NCBI RefSeq assembly: GCF_963921235.1 | Contig: NC_086101.1 | Location: 4,156,001-4,220,000 of the forward strand | Length of the DNA: 64,000 nt | Direction: 5' to 3' | Source of the DNA: Mobula hypostoma | Lineage: Eukaryota | Shown: piece by piece, positions 48,351 through 61,000 of the stretch | Layout: every line of letters begins with the position of its first letter | Numbering within the stretch: the stretch's first letter is position 1 | The notes under the pieces: model-generated | Databases searched by the model: none | What the model was told of the DNA's origin: nothing | What the model saw: only the letters and a program-made list of their open reading frames with translations | Translations under genes and position numbers: made by a program

Positions 48351-51300
48351 TGTGATGAGGGTTCTTGACGAGGATGATTTGGACCCAAACACTGGAGTAT
48401 CTGAAGCATGGTTTCAATCTGGATCGAAAATTGTGCACAAAACGTAACGCTAGATGAAATCTCTAGTAAGGCTGACGATTGAGCACTGAACTTCTGCTAA
48501 GGTGTTCCTTAAATACTCCATTCTTGGCACCCAAAACATGATTGCTCGGAGAGACAATCATCCTAGACGCAGATGAGCGTCAGATCTAAGGCATCCCAGC
48601 ACCGTTCCTCGGGTCCAAATCCCTCTCAGTCCATGAAGAACTGATGAACACCCTGAACAGTTCCTGAATCCAAAATTCTTCTCACGGTGAAGACCGGTTC
48701 CCCATCAACAAACCTGGATGGTGGCGGGGCTGACGGGCTGGTGTTCACAGACTTTATCTTGGAAACATGGGAAGTGGGATTGGTCTTGAGGGTCTTGGGG
48801 AGGTGCGGGCCACCGGGTTTACTTTCCTGAAAATCTTGAAGGGTCCAATGAACTCAGGCTCTAATTTCCCGGACTCCGTTCAGAGGCAAATTCTGAGTCG
48901 ACAGCCAGACCTGTTGCCCAGGTAGCAAAACTGGCCCCTCTTCTCTTGTGGTTAGTCTTTATTTCAGCCTTCAGAGTAGAAGCCAGCAAAATCTCCCTTG
49001 CCCTAGTCCATCTCTCCTTGCAGCTTTGGGTGAGATCTTTGGCCGCAGGAACCCTCAACCTCACCCTCTCGCCAAGGGAAGTGTGGCGGCGAATACCCAA
49101 ACTGGCATTCGGACGGGAATATCCCATGCGCTGAATGCATAACGTGTTGTGGGCAACCTCTGCCCACAACAAATGGTCGCTGCACTTGTTCAGTCTTTCA
49201 GAGGCCAGGCATCTTAAGGTATGTTCCATATCTTGGTTAGAAACATAGAAAACCTACAGTACAATACAGGCCCTTCAGCCCACAAAGCTGTTCCGAACAT
49301 GTCCTTACCTTAGAAATTACTTAGGGTTACTCATAGCCCTCTATTTTTCTGAGCTCCATATACCTGTCCAGGATCACCTGCTCCGTCTGGCCATTGGACT
49401 GTGGGTGAAACCCCAGAGGCAAGACTCGCTGTTGCCCCAATCAGTTTGCAAAACATCCCTCAGAAACGTGATGTGAATTGCGGACTGCAATCTGACAAAA
49501 TGTCCACCGGAAAACCATGAATCCTGAAGACCTGGTGCAGGACCATTTCGGCTGTCTCTGCCACAGGTGGTAGACTATCCAAGTCTATGGAGATGTGCGC
49601 CCACGGTCTGCCCGGTGGAGAAGCCCATGAGGTCGGCTATGCGGCTCCTTGCATGCCTGAACGTACTGCCGAACTTTCTTCCAGGCCACCACCATCTCCA
49701 CTTGATAAACTCGAGGGTCCTGGCAATCCCTAGGTCAGCGGCCATTCTCAAGGAATGTGTCCATTGGAGTAGCTGGGATAGAACGGAACTTGGGACGAAC
49801 AGCTGACCTGGAGGACCGTTCTTAGGAATCTCCCCTTTGCGCTTGGGCCTTGCAAACAAGAGCATCGATTGCCCAGCAAATTGGCACTACCCCCTCCATG
49901 ATGAAGGGAAGGTCCAGGTTAGGTTCAACCAAAATGGGAGCTGTTGAACGTAAGAAATAGGAGCAGGAGTTGGACATCTGTCCCGTCGAGCCTGCTCCGC
50001 CACTCAATAAGATTATGGCTGATCTGGCCATGGACTCATCTCCACCTACCTGTCTTTTCCTCCATAACCCTTAATTCCCTACTATACAAAAATCTATCCA
50101 ACTTTGTCTTAAATATATTTACTGAGGAAGCCTCCACTGCTTCATTAGCAGAGAATTCCAAAGACTCACCACTCTGGGAAAAAACAGTTCCTCCTCACCT
50201 CCCCCTAAATCTACTCCTCCAAATCTTGAGGCTATGTCCCCTAGTTCTAGTCTCACCTATCAGTGGAAACAATCTTCAAGCTTCTATCTTATCTACCCCT
50301 TTCATAATTCTAAATGTTTCTATAAGATCTCCTCTCATTCTTTTGAATTGCAGCAAGTACAGTCCCAGGTGACTCAATCTCTCCTCATAGTCTAACCCCT
50401 CATCTCTGGAATCAACCTGGTGAACCTCCTCTGCACCCCTTCCAAAGCCAGTATATCCTTCCTCAAGTAAGGAGACCAGAACTGCACACAGTACTCCAGG
50501 TGCAGCCTCACCAGTACCCTGTATAGTTGCAGCATAACCTCCCTGCTCTTAAATTCAATCCCTGTAGCAGTGAAGGCCAACATTCCATCTGCCTTCTTGA
50601 TAGCCTGCTGCACCAGCAAACCAACCTTTTGTGATTCATGCACGAGCACTCCCAAGACCCTCTGCACAGTATGCTGCAATTTTTTTTTACCATTTAAATA
50701 ATGATCTGCTTTTCCATTTTTCCTTCAAAAGTGGATGACCTCGCAGTTACCAACATTGTACTCCATCTGCCAGACCCTTGCCCACTCACTTAACCTATCT
50801 ATATCTCTCTGCAGACTCTCCGTATCCTCTGCACAATTTGTTTTTCCACTCAATTCAGCAAACTTAGATACACTACAGTCGGACCCCTCTAATGCATATC
50901 TGGAACAGTTGTGGGCCCAGCACCGAACCCTGTGGCACACCGCTCACCACTGATCGCTGACCAGAGTAACACCCGTGTATCCCAACACTCTGCTTTCTAG
51001 TAGTTAACCAGTCCTCTATCCATGCTAATACATCACCCCCAACTCTATGCATCCTTATCTTATTGATAAGTCTTTTACACGGCACCTTATCGGACAACTT
51101 CTGGAAATCCAAGTAAATAATGTCTATCAGATGCTTGAGCTCTGCAAAAGCAGCCTCTGTCATGGTAGCCCAACCAAAAGGGCCTGTGGATCTCTTGGCT
51201 AGTGCAGCCAGCAGAGCCACCATGAGCTGAAGTTTCTGATCAACCTTTGGTAAAAGTTGGCAAATCCCAGGAATTGTTGGACTTGTTTCACACTGGAAGG

Positions 51301-53936
51301 TTGCAGCCAATCTCTGACTGCCTTTATCTTAGTAGGATGCATCTTCAGATTGCCATTAGAGAAGACGAAGCCAAAAAAGGAAATAGTGGTTTGGGTTAGT
51401 GTCCTGTTGGAGTGTTGAATGCCATCTTCCACTCATTACCTCCTTTATGCCAACTCAGTTGTCTGCACTCCACAAGTCCAGCTTCGAGAATACTCTTGCC
51501 CCTTGGAGAATCTTGAAGGTAGAGTTCATGAGTGGAAGGTTCTTGACTGTTATGCAATTCAGCCCTCTATAATCAATGCATTGCCATCGTCTCCTGTCCT
51601 TCTTCTGTATGGAGAGGTGGAGGGTCGAATGAATCCCAGGGCAAGGGCCTCCAAAGAGCTTCTCTCTGGGCCTGAGAGCACGTACAATCGACCCCACCGA
51701 GGGCAAGTACCAGGATAGTCAGAGGGTTGGTACGGTGGAAGAGTCAAGGCTTGCCATTACAGTAGACCTCTTCTAAATCCTTGTAGGTAGAAGGGATTCC
51801 TACCAGCTTGAGTGCTGCAATTACCCCTGAACCTTCCTCCAAGGACAGCTCCAGAGACTCTGTCAGTAGCAGTGGTGGTTCAACAGACTCCAGCGTCTTC
51901 CCCATAGGTCCACAAGCGCGTTTAGTAAAAACAAAGGCCATCTTCAAGTCCAAATCCTCGTCTGTCTCCTCAGACATTGGCTGTGAGGTGCAACAAATGG
52001 TCTTTGTGCTCTTGGGACTAGGTTCCAAGGGACTCCATTTTGGAGCCTTCCTTTAGATGGGATCTGGCAACTGGAGCCCTTTGGCTTCGCTGCTGGAGTT
52101 CTGGACTGCTCGTGCATCTCCTTGGCATGCTGCTGAACTAGAGACTAGATCCAGCGCACCCCTGACTGGGCCGGGTTGGGACTCACAAGGGCCTATTAGC
52201 TGGGGCCGGCTTGTCTTCCCTTGAAGGCAGGGCTGGGTTTCCTGAAAGCTCCAGGCTACCTCGTCTCCTCATTGGCTGATGGTCTTGGGAGAGTCTGAAG
52301 GTCGGAACACCAGGTCAAAAACATAGCTTCTTGCAGCAACTTTCCAGTTACAGAAGGGTTATGCTGGGGTAGCCACGAGGGCCCAAGGGTCAGGGTGTGT
52401 GAGGAGATTCAGTGATATAGAGACCAATGTCCTCCACACAATCCTCTATCCTCATGGGCAAAACCAGTGTCTGCGGCCGGATCTGCCTGGAACCAAGCGG
52501 ACGGCCATCCAGGACAGTTGTGGGCATGGGCTGGCTCACACCGGCAGTGGTACATTGAGCTGACAGGCGGTCCCCACGTCCAGGAAATTTCCAGCTGCTT
52601 CAGGGTCCAAAAAAGCATTCACCTGTCAACAGTTCCTACCTCAGGAGATCTCCACCCTCAGGGCTTCATGAAGATCTGTGATTTTGGGGGTGGTGGGTGC
52701 TACTGTCACAGTCCTCCCGACACCAGACAGTCTAAACAGTTCTCCCGACAGCTGCAGCTTTGTATATCCGACCCGCAAGTGACCCTCTTTGGCAACCTTG
52801 ACTCCAATGCCAGAACCTCTCCGGTGGAGATTCTTATGCAGCCAATTTGCATGGGCTGAGCAGGAGATGGGCTGGTCCTAGTCCACATCAGGGATGGGAC
52901 AGTAACGTGTTGAGGCCCGACTCGGACAAGCCCTCTTCAACCTCCTGACGTAATCTCATTTACGCTGTGCCGGATGATTATCGAGATGAATGGATTAGTC
53001 AATCGGAACCTCCAAGTCTTCTGCTGGTTCTCCCCAGACGAGGGCATCTTGCGTTTCATCTCAGAGTCAGTGGTGGTATAGCGTGGTCAAGGCTCCCCCC
53101 ATTCCAGCCACTCTCTTGGGCCAAGGTCCGAAATTAAATTGTGTACTCGGCTGCTGACCCTCCACCCTGTGGAATCTTCCACAGGTGGTCCGAGGCTGGG
53201 CTGGCTCTGGCGGAGTGATGGAACACTTTCCTCATGGCTGCCACGAATTTCTCCGAAACCGAGCAAATCTCTGACCCTCACTCCTAATGTACGATGGCCC
53301 AGGCCAGAACTTTTCCAGTCAAGAGAGAAATAATGAAAGGCACATTTCTACGCTCCAAGGGGACAGGGATGGCTGGAGTTCAAACACTAATGAGCATTGA
53401 TGGGAAGCAAGAAACCAGGTCACCATTGAATCTCTCTGCGGCTGCAACATGGACCGGCCCCGCAGAGCAAGCGACTTTGCCTTCCTCCCTGCAATACCTG
53501 GCATACAGTGACCTGGAGGTCAAGTATCTCCGGGCTCAATCTTGAAATTTTCTCACTGGGGCTGGCCACAGCAGACGAAGGGCTCCGCTACCCTGCTGGG
53601 TCCACATTGACTCAATCATACTGGGAGGAGGGCCCTTGATGAGAATGGTTTGGACCCAAATGCTGGAGTACCCGAAGCAAGGATCGAGACATGGTATCAA
53701 ACTGGATTGGGAACTGAGCACAAAAATGCTAGACAAAATCACCGGTAAGGCTTATGATTGAGAACTGAACTTCAGTTAAGGTGCTCCTTAAATATTCAGT
53801 TCTTGGCATCCAAAACATGACTGCCAGTGAGCAGGCGGTCCTGAATCTTTCAAGGGGTTGTGCCAGCTATCCATCCGCCGGGGAGTAAGGAGGTCCGAAG
53901 CCTGGAAGCTGGCGTGATTGGGTGCGTGTCGTAACA
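48351..53936 (-). mobile_element. Degenerate Gypsy (sushi-like chromovirus) provirus with 5-bp TSD ATTAC
   Basis: TGT...ACA termini, ATTAC at 48346-48350 and 53937-53941; homologous LTRs (48351-~48550, ~53622-53936); CIDYRGLN, FSKLDL, FLGFANFY, integrase WAEVAHN, FIGPF and chromodomain. Contains CR1 inserts at ~49236-49372 and ~49945-51130. Confidence 0.92.
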
Positions 53937-54157
53937 ATTACGGATCAGACAATCCATAATAACCAGGATAAACCGGATAACCATAATAATACAGGAAAAA
54001 ACAAGTAAGAATAACATTTAATAGATAGAGCCATTCTAAACACATGTAACATACAGCCTGGACTGACACCAACCTACTGCCCTCTACATATTATTTATTG
54101 TAATGCCTGCACTGTTTTGTGCACTTTATGCAGTCCTGGGTAGGTCTGTAGTCTAGT

Positions 54158-54381
54158 AACACACATAAAAATTGCTGGTGAACGCAGCAGGCCAGGCAGC
54201 ATCTATAGGAAAAGGTACAGTTGACAGTTCGGGCCGAGACCCTTCATCAGGACGAAGGGTCTCGGCCCGAAATGTCGAATGTACCTTTTGCTATAGATGC
54301 TGCCGGGCCTGCTGCGTTCACCTGTAATTTTTGTGTGTGTTACTTGAAATTCCAGCATCTGCAGATTTCCTCGCGTTTGCA
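54158..54381. mobile_element. Palindromic Penelope-derived element with 13-bp TSD
   Basis: ~90-bp inverted arms centred near 54250; tctgtagtctagt at 54145-54157 and 54382-54394. Confidence 0.88.
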
Positions 54382-54506
54382 TCTGTAGTCTAGTGTAGTT
54401 TTTGTGTTGTTTTACGTAGTTCAGTGTAGTTTTTATATTGTTTCATGTAGCACCATGGTCCTGAAAAACATTGTCTCGTCTTTACTGTGTACTGTACCAG
54501 CAGTTA

Positions 54507-55196
54507 GATTAGATTAGATTAGATTATGAGGACAAGCAGTCCTCTTTTATTGTCATTTAGTAATGCATGCATTAAGAAATGATACAATGTTCCTCCAGTG
54601 TGATATCACAGAAACACAAGACAGACCAAGACTGAAAAACTGACAAAAACCACATAATTATAACATATAGTTACAACAATGCAAGCAATACCGTAATTTG
54701 ATAGAAGAACAGACCATGGGCACGGTAAAAAAAAGTCTCAAAGTCTCTCGAAAGTCCCAACATCTCACGCAGACAGTAAAAGGAAGAAAACTCTCCCTGC
54801 TATGAGCTTCCAGCGCCGCAAACTTGCCGATACAGCATCCTGGAGGCACCCGACCACAGTCTGACTCTGTCCGTCCTAAAACTTCGAGCCTCCAACCAGC
54901 CCTCCGACACCGAGCACCGAACGCCATCTCTGCCAAGCGCTTCAACCCCAGCCCCAGCCACCAGCAACAGGCAAAGCCGAAGATTTGGGGCCTTCCCTTC
55001 TGGAGATTCTCAATTGCACAGTAGCAGTGGCAGCAAACCGGGCATTTCAGAAGTTTCTCCAGATGTTCCTCCGTGTTTCTCACGTCCGTCTCCAACAAAT
55101 CAGGATTGTGCACGGCCCCTATTTAATAAATACAATATCATTTCACCGGAGAGGCCGCACACGCTGCATCGCGCCACCATCTTCTCCTCCCTCAGG
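54507..55196 (-). mobile_element. Non-autonomous retroposon with Rex1/L2-like tail ((TCTAA)n, AATAAA)
   Basis: (ttaga)n then cttttattgtcatt at the left end, CpG-rich 5' part, possible agtta TSD. Confidence 0.6.
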
Positions 55197-55851
55197 AGTT
55201 ATGGTCAAAATGACAATAAAAAGTGACTTGACTTGACTTGAAATCAGTAAGTGAAAAAACATCAGAAATATGCTGAATTAAAAGAGGAAATTGAAAGACT
55301 TTGGAACATAAACAGGATATACACTGCCCCAATAGTAATATCTACAACTGGTGACATCCCAAAGTCCCTACACTCAGAAAGTCACTACAGTGAATAAACA
55401 ATTAGGGCTACACAGCAAATCTTTAGAAAGCCACAATACTAAACAGCACTAGAATAGTCCGAAAGTTCCCAGCAATTGACAAATGAGTGTGTTTAGCAAT
55501 GCCTGTAGCTTGAGCTGAGTCAAAATAAATTACATAATAATAATAATAAATAAGCAATAACTATCAAAAACATAAGATGAAGAGTCCTTGAAAGTGAGTC
55601 TATGGGTTGTGGGAACAGTTCAGTCATGGGGAAATTAAGTTATTCCCTCTGGTTCAAGAACCTGAGTGTTGAGGGGTAATTACTGTTCCTGAACCTGGGG
55701 GTGTGAGTCCTGAGGCTCCTGTACTTCCTTCCTGGTGGCAGTAGCACGAAGAGAGCATGGCCTAGATGATGCGCTGTTTTCCTTTGATGGCGCCCCATGT
55801 AGGGGAGGGCTTTACCCATGGTGGACCGGGTTGCAGCACTACTTTTCCAAT

Positions 55852-56648
55852 TGTCATGTGTGACACCAAGCAGAGGTACCGGACGGGTGATGCTAATGAG
55901 AGAGATAAGAAAAACAATGGAGAAACATTCAAAATGCTAGTAAGAGAGAAGAGAGGGATTAACGGGAAAGAAACACAACTCAGATATTGACAGACTGGTT
56001 GCTTTGAACCTGAACTGTTTGGAGTTTGATGGACAGGTGATACCCCAGCAGGGGGATAAAAGGAGCAGGTTTGCTAAGGCACGAGACACGCCACGAGACC
56101 CTGGAAAGAGCGGTGTGCCCCGACAAGTGGTGAGAGTTAGGAGGACCGGTTCGTGGGAACCGATCAGAGGCTCACAGGGTGTAAAGGTACGATCGGAGGG
56201 AACCTGGGTGTGTGTCCGCCCTTGCCTGGGTGCCGGGTTCACCACGGAAGAACGATCGTATCCAGAACGGAGGGGTCACAGTCGGTGACCACAGCGGGAT
56301 CAGAAGACATCAAAAGGTCTGCCTGAAACCAATTGCATCTCCCACTCTCTCTCTCTCTCTCTTTCCAACAGCGATTACTGCGAACGGCACTAAACTGAAC
56401 TGAACTCTGCTTCACTTAAGACTGATCATTTTACCCCTAGACTGCGATAGAGCTTGGTTGATTCCTATTACCCTAGTTCTGTGTATATGTGTGTATTATC
56501 ATTGCCAACCTGTTACATTTATATCCTTGCGATTAGTGTACTGTAATACTTGTTTCCTTAGTAAAACCTTATTAGTTCCTAGTAATCCAGACTCCAATGA
56601 GCATTCCATTTCTGCTGGTTTGGCAACCCAGTTATGGGGTACGTAACA
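55852..56648 (+). mobile_element. Solo LTR inserted in a minus-strand Rex1 remnant (~55575-56725)
   Basis: TGT...ACA termini, gataaaa TATA-like box ~56055, agtaaa poly(A)-like signal ~56560; TSD imperfect (caat/gaat). Confidence 0.7.
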
Positions 56649-57244
56649 GAATGTTCAAGGGCATTGGTGTTTGCATAGAGGCCATGATGCAAAAATGTCC
56701 CGCTAACTGCAACATGTTGATGGACTGCCAAGTCTGTAGAAAATTGTGGAAGAAGGGTCAGCAAGAGATTAATGAACCAAGTCACAAACTTGCATTTCTC
56801 CACTTGAAGTTGCTGTTCACAAGTGTGAGTATACGTCGAGACTCTGCAACCAGACTCTTGCAGTTTCCTGCAGGGCGGGCTGTCCGTGACGTCATGCTGA
56901 ATAAAGGTATCACCTCTGGAAGTCATTTTCCTTCAATAAGAGTACAGTACTGCCTCTCCAGCAGGGGGGCTCATGTTGAAGAAATACGTCTGGATTGGAA
57001 CCCAGGTCTGAATCTGAAAGCCGGTTCGTGTCTGAAGCAGGAAAGAGGCAGCGTATAGACAGCACATTCCAAATTGTCGGTCTCACTCTCAGAGCTGAGT
57101 GCAGGCAAGTCCACCTCCAGTGATCCACAACTTGACCAAGAGATATCTAACAAGTAATGTTACAGTGATACGGTGCTGTAGTTTCTTCAGAGAGACCCTG
57201 TGCAACTAGTATTGAATTGCCAGAGGGGGAGCACTGAGGGTATC

Positions 57245-57745
57245 AGACAGAATAGAATCAGGCCTCTCCGCCCGTCTAGTCTGTGCCTAACCATTGAAAT
57301 GCCCTAGTCCATTGACTTGCACCTGGACTGTAGTGCTCCATACCCCTCCCATCCAAACGTCTCCTAAATGTTGAAATCAAACCCACATCCACCACTTGCG
57401 TCAGCAGCTCGTTCCACACTCTCATCACCGAGCGAAGAAGTTCCACTTCATGCTCCCCTTAAAGATTTCAGCTTTCACCATGACCTCTAGTTACAGTTTC
57501 ACCCAACCTCAGTGGAAAAAGCCTGCTTGTATTTACCCTACCTATACCCCTCATTTTTTTCTACATCTATCAAATCTCCTGTCATTCTCCTACACTCCAG
57601 GGAACAAACTCTTAACCTATTCAAACTCTCCCTATAACTCAGGTCCTCAAGTTCCGGCAACATTCTTGTACATTTTCTCTGTACTCTTTCAATGTTATGA
57701 TACCTTTCCTGTAGGTAGGTGACTGAACCTGCACAAAACTGCAAT
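57245..57745 (-). mobile_element. CR1 3' fragment
   Basis: IERVQRKCTRMLPELEDLSYRESLNRL. Confidence 0.8.
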
Positions 57746-58024
57746 ACTTCCTCTAGAAGTGTTGAACTCTCCGAAAGGCAGGGTTGAGGGATAGTCAGAC
57801 TCTCCGAGGAGTGGCATTAAGAGTGTCCTGCACTGACAGACAGGAGATGCTAAGGAAGTGCTGCACTGTCAGGTAGATGGCGTTGAGGGACTGTCAGACT
57901 GAGGGAAGGCAGTACTGAGTGAGAGCCACACTGCTGGACAGGCAATACCCTACTCTTGTCAAAGAAAAATGACTCTCGAGACCAGACTTCCAGGATTACA
58001 CAGCTTGTCATATGAAGAGCATTT

Positions 58025-61000
58025 ATAAGACCATAAGACATAGGAGCAGAATTACGCTATTTGGCCCACAAAATCTGCTCCACCATTCAATCATGGCTGA
58101 TCCTTTTTTCCCCTCCTCAGCCCCACTCCACAGCCTTCTCCCCATATCCTTTGATGCCATATCCAAACAAGAACCTATCAATCTCGGCCTTAAATACACC
58201 CAATGACCTGGCCTCCACAGCTGCATGTGGTAGCAAATTCCACAAAATCACCAACCTCTGGCAAAAGAAATTTCTCTGCATCTCTGTTTTAAATGGATGC
58301 TCTTCTATCCCGGGGCTGTGCCCTTTTGTCCCGGACTCTCCCACCATGGGAAACATCCATTCCACATCTACTCTGTCTAGGCTTTTCAGCATTCAAAAGG
58401 TTTCAATGAGATCCCCCCCTCATCCTTCTAAATTCCAGCAAGTACAGAGCAGAGCCATCAAAAGTTCCTGGAATCATCCTTGTGAACCTCCTCTCAGCCC
58501 TCTCCAATGCCAGCACATCTTTTCTCAGATGAGGAGCCTCACAATACTAAAGGTGAGGCCTCACCAGTGTCATATAAAGCCTCAGCATCACATCCCTGCT
58601 CTTGTATTCAAGATCTCTTCAAGTGAATGCTGACATTGCATTTGCCTTCCTCACCACCGGCTCAACCTGCAAGTTAACCTTTAGGGTGTTCTGCACAATG
58701 ACTCCCAAGTCCCTCTGCATCTCGGATTCCTGGATTTTCTCTCCATTTAGAAAATAGTCTGTACATGTATTTCTGCTACCAAAGTGCATGACCATGCATT
58801 TTCCAACATTTATTTCATTTGCCACCTTCTTTCCCATTTTCCTAATCTGTCTAAGTCCTTCTGCATCCTACCTATTTCCTCAACACTACCTGCCCTTCCA
58901 CCAACCTTCGTATCATCTGCAAACTTGGCAACAAAGCCATCTATTCCATCATCTAAATCATTGATATACAGCATAAAAAGAAGTGGTCCCAACACTGACC
59001 CCTGCGGAACACCACTAGTCACTGGCAGCCAACCAGAAAAGGATCCTTTTATTCCCACTCACTGCCTCCTACCAATCAGTCAATGCTCTAATCATGTCGG
59101 TAATTTTCCTGTAATACCATGAGCTCTTAACTTGATAAGCAGCCTCATGTGTGGCATCTTGTCAGAGGAAACCATGCTGACTTTATCTGATCTTGTCCTG
59201 TGTCACCAAGAACTCCATCACCTCATCCATAACAATTGACTCCAACATCTTCCCAACCACAGGTCAGGCTAACTGGTCTATAATTTCCTTTCTGCTGCCT
59301 TCCTCCTTCTCCTGTGGAGTGCCATTTACAATTATCCAGTCCTCTGATTTTTGAAAGATCATTACTAATGCCTCCACAATCACTCCTGCTACCTCTTTCA
59401 GATCCCTAGGGTGCAGCGCATCTGTTGTGGGTGACTTATGTATCCTTGGGTCTTTCAGCTTGTTGAGCACCTTCTCCCTTGTAACAGTAACTGCACCCAC
59501 TTCTCTTCCTTCACACACTACAGCATCAAGCACAATGTGAGTATCTTTCACAGTGAAGACTGATGCAAAATACTAATTTAGTTCATCTGTCATTGCCTTA
59601 CCCCCCGTTATTATTTCTCTGGTCTCATTTTCTAGCAGTCCTAAATACTCCCATCTCTCATTTACCGTTTCACATACTTGTTAAAGCTTTCACTAGTAAC
59701 ACACACAAAATACTGGAGGAACTCAGCAGGACTAAAACAACATACCCAGTGTCTCAAGCTTTCTTTTGTTTGTAGCAGGGCTGAAGAGTTCCCTTTCCAT
59801 CGATGCTGCCTGGGCTCCTCCAGCATTTTGTGTGTGTTACTTGCATTTCTAGCATGTGCAGAGTTTCTCCTGTTCGGGAAAAGCTTTTACGATCCACCTT
59901 GATATCATTTGCTACCTCGCTTCTATATTTCAACTTTTCCCTCCTAATGATTCTTTTAGTTGCCCTCTGTAGGTTTTTAAAAGCTTCCCAATCCTCTATC
60001 TTGCCGCTCATGTTTGCTTTGTTGTATGCCCTCTCTTTTGCTTTTGCATTACCTTTATCCCTGTCAACCATGGATGTACAGTTTTACCATTTGAGTTTTT
60101 CTTTGCTTTTGGAATACATCTATCCTGTACCAAGGTTGCACTACTAGAGCACAAATGCCACCCCACCAAGGCAACACTGCAAGCGCCAAGGACAGCTAGA
60201 AGCAAGGCCCAGGAAACAGCCAAACGCTGTACAAATGACGACTGGCCACGACTATGCGAAAGCGTTCAGTCATCATTTGACACAGACAACATCCGTGGAG
60301 TGTACGAGGGGATCAAGAATGCCATCGGGCCAACCCAGAGCAAGACAGCACCATTGAAAACCATAACAGGTGAGACCATCAAGGACAAAGGCAAACAGAT
60401 GGAGAGATGGGTGGAGAATTACTCTGAACTCTTCTCCAGAGAAAGCAGCATCTCGGACAGCGCGCTAGACGCCGTGGAATGCCTGCCTGTCATGGAGGAA
60501 CTTGATGCATTACTGGCTGCCAAAGAGCTGAGTAAAGCCATTGACAGCCTGCCCACTGGGAAGGCACCAGGATTGGATGGCATTCCACCAGAGGCCATCA
60601 AGTGTGCAAAGGGCGTTCTGCTAAACCACCTGCACCAACTACAGTGCCAATGCTGGATAGAGGGAGCAGTGCCGCAAGACATGAGAGACTGCAACATTGT
60701 CACCATATACAAGAACAAAGGGGACAGAAGCAACTGTAACAGCTACAGAGGAATCTCCTTGCTGAGCATCGTTGGGAAGGTCTTCGCCCGCATGGTCCTG
60801 AACAGACTGCAGAAAATAGCCAAAAGGGTATATCCCAAGTCTCAGTGCAGTTTCAGGTCAGAACACTCCACAATCGACATGATCTTCTCCCTTCGACAGC
60901 TACAAGAGAAATGCAAAGAGCAAAGACAACCACTCTACATCGCTTTCATTGACCTCACGAAGGCCTTCGACCTTGTGAGCAGAGACGGCCTGTTCGAAAT

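Larger units (their letters stand above)
54058..55241 (+). mobile_element. Rex1/L2-type 3' UTR fragment with (GACTT)n tail, carrying two younger inserts
   Basis: atgacaataaaaagtgacttgacttgacttga; split by 54158-54381 and ~54507-55196. Confidence 0.7.
48275..55555 (+). mobile_element. R4/Dong-clade LINE 3' remnant in three pieces (48275-48350, 53937-54057, ~55242-55555)
   Basis: YKPDVVLESESHKLYYDQSIIT | DQTIHNN..KPD...LIDRAILNTCNIQ | KSVSEKHQKYAELKEEIERLWNINRIYTAPIVISTTGDIPKSL; (TAA)n tail. Confidence 0.82.

Noticed and set aside
53945..54034. Minus-strand MALSIKCYSYLFFPVLLWLSG as the signal-peptide exon
   Set aside because: It is the antisense of the R4 endonuclease remnant, and the only phase-1 donor (GTTTAT) is weak.
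56645..56770. Acceptor-like tract plus MLQLAGHFCIM as a first coding exon
   Set aside because: Continues the Rex1 remnant split by the solo LTR; no donor and no hydrophobic core.
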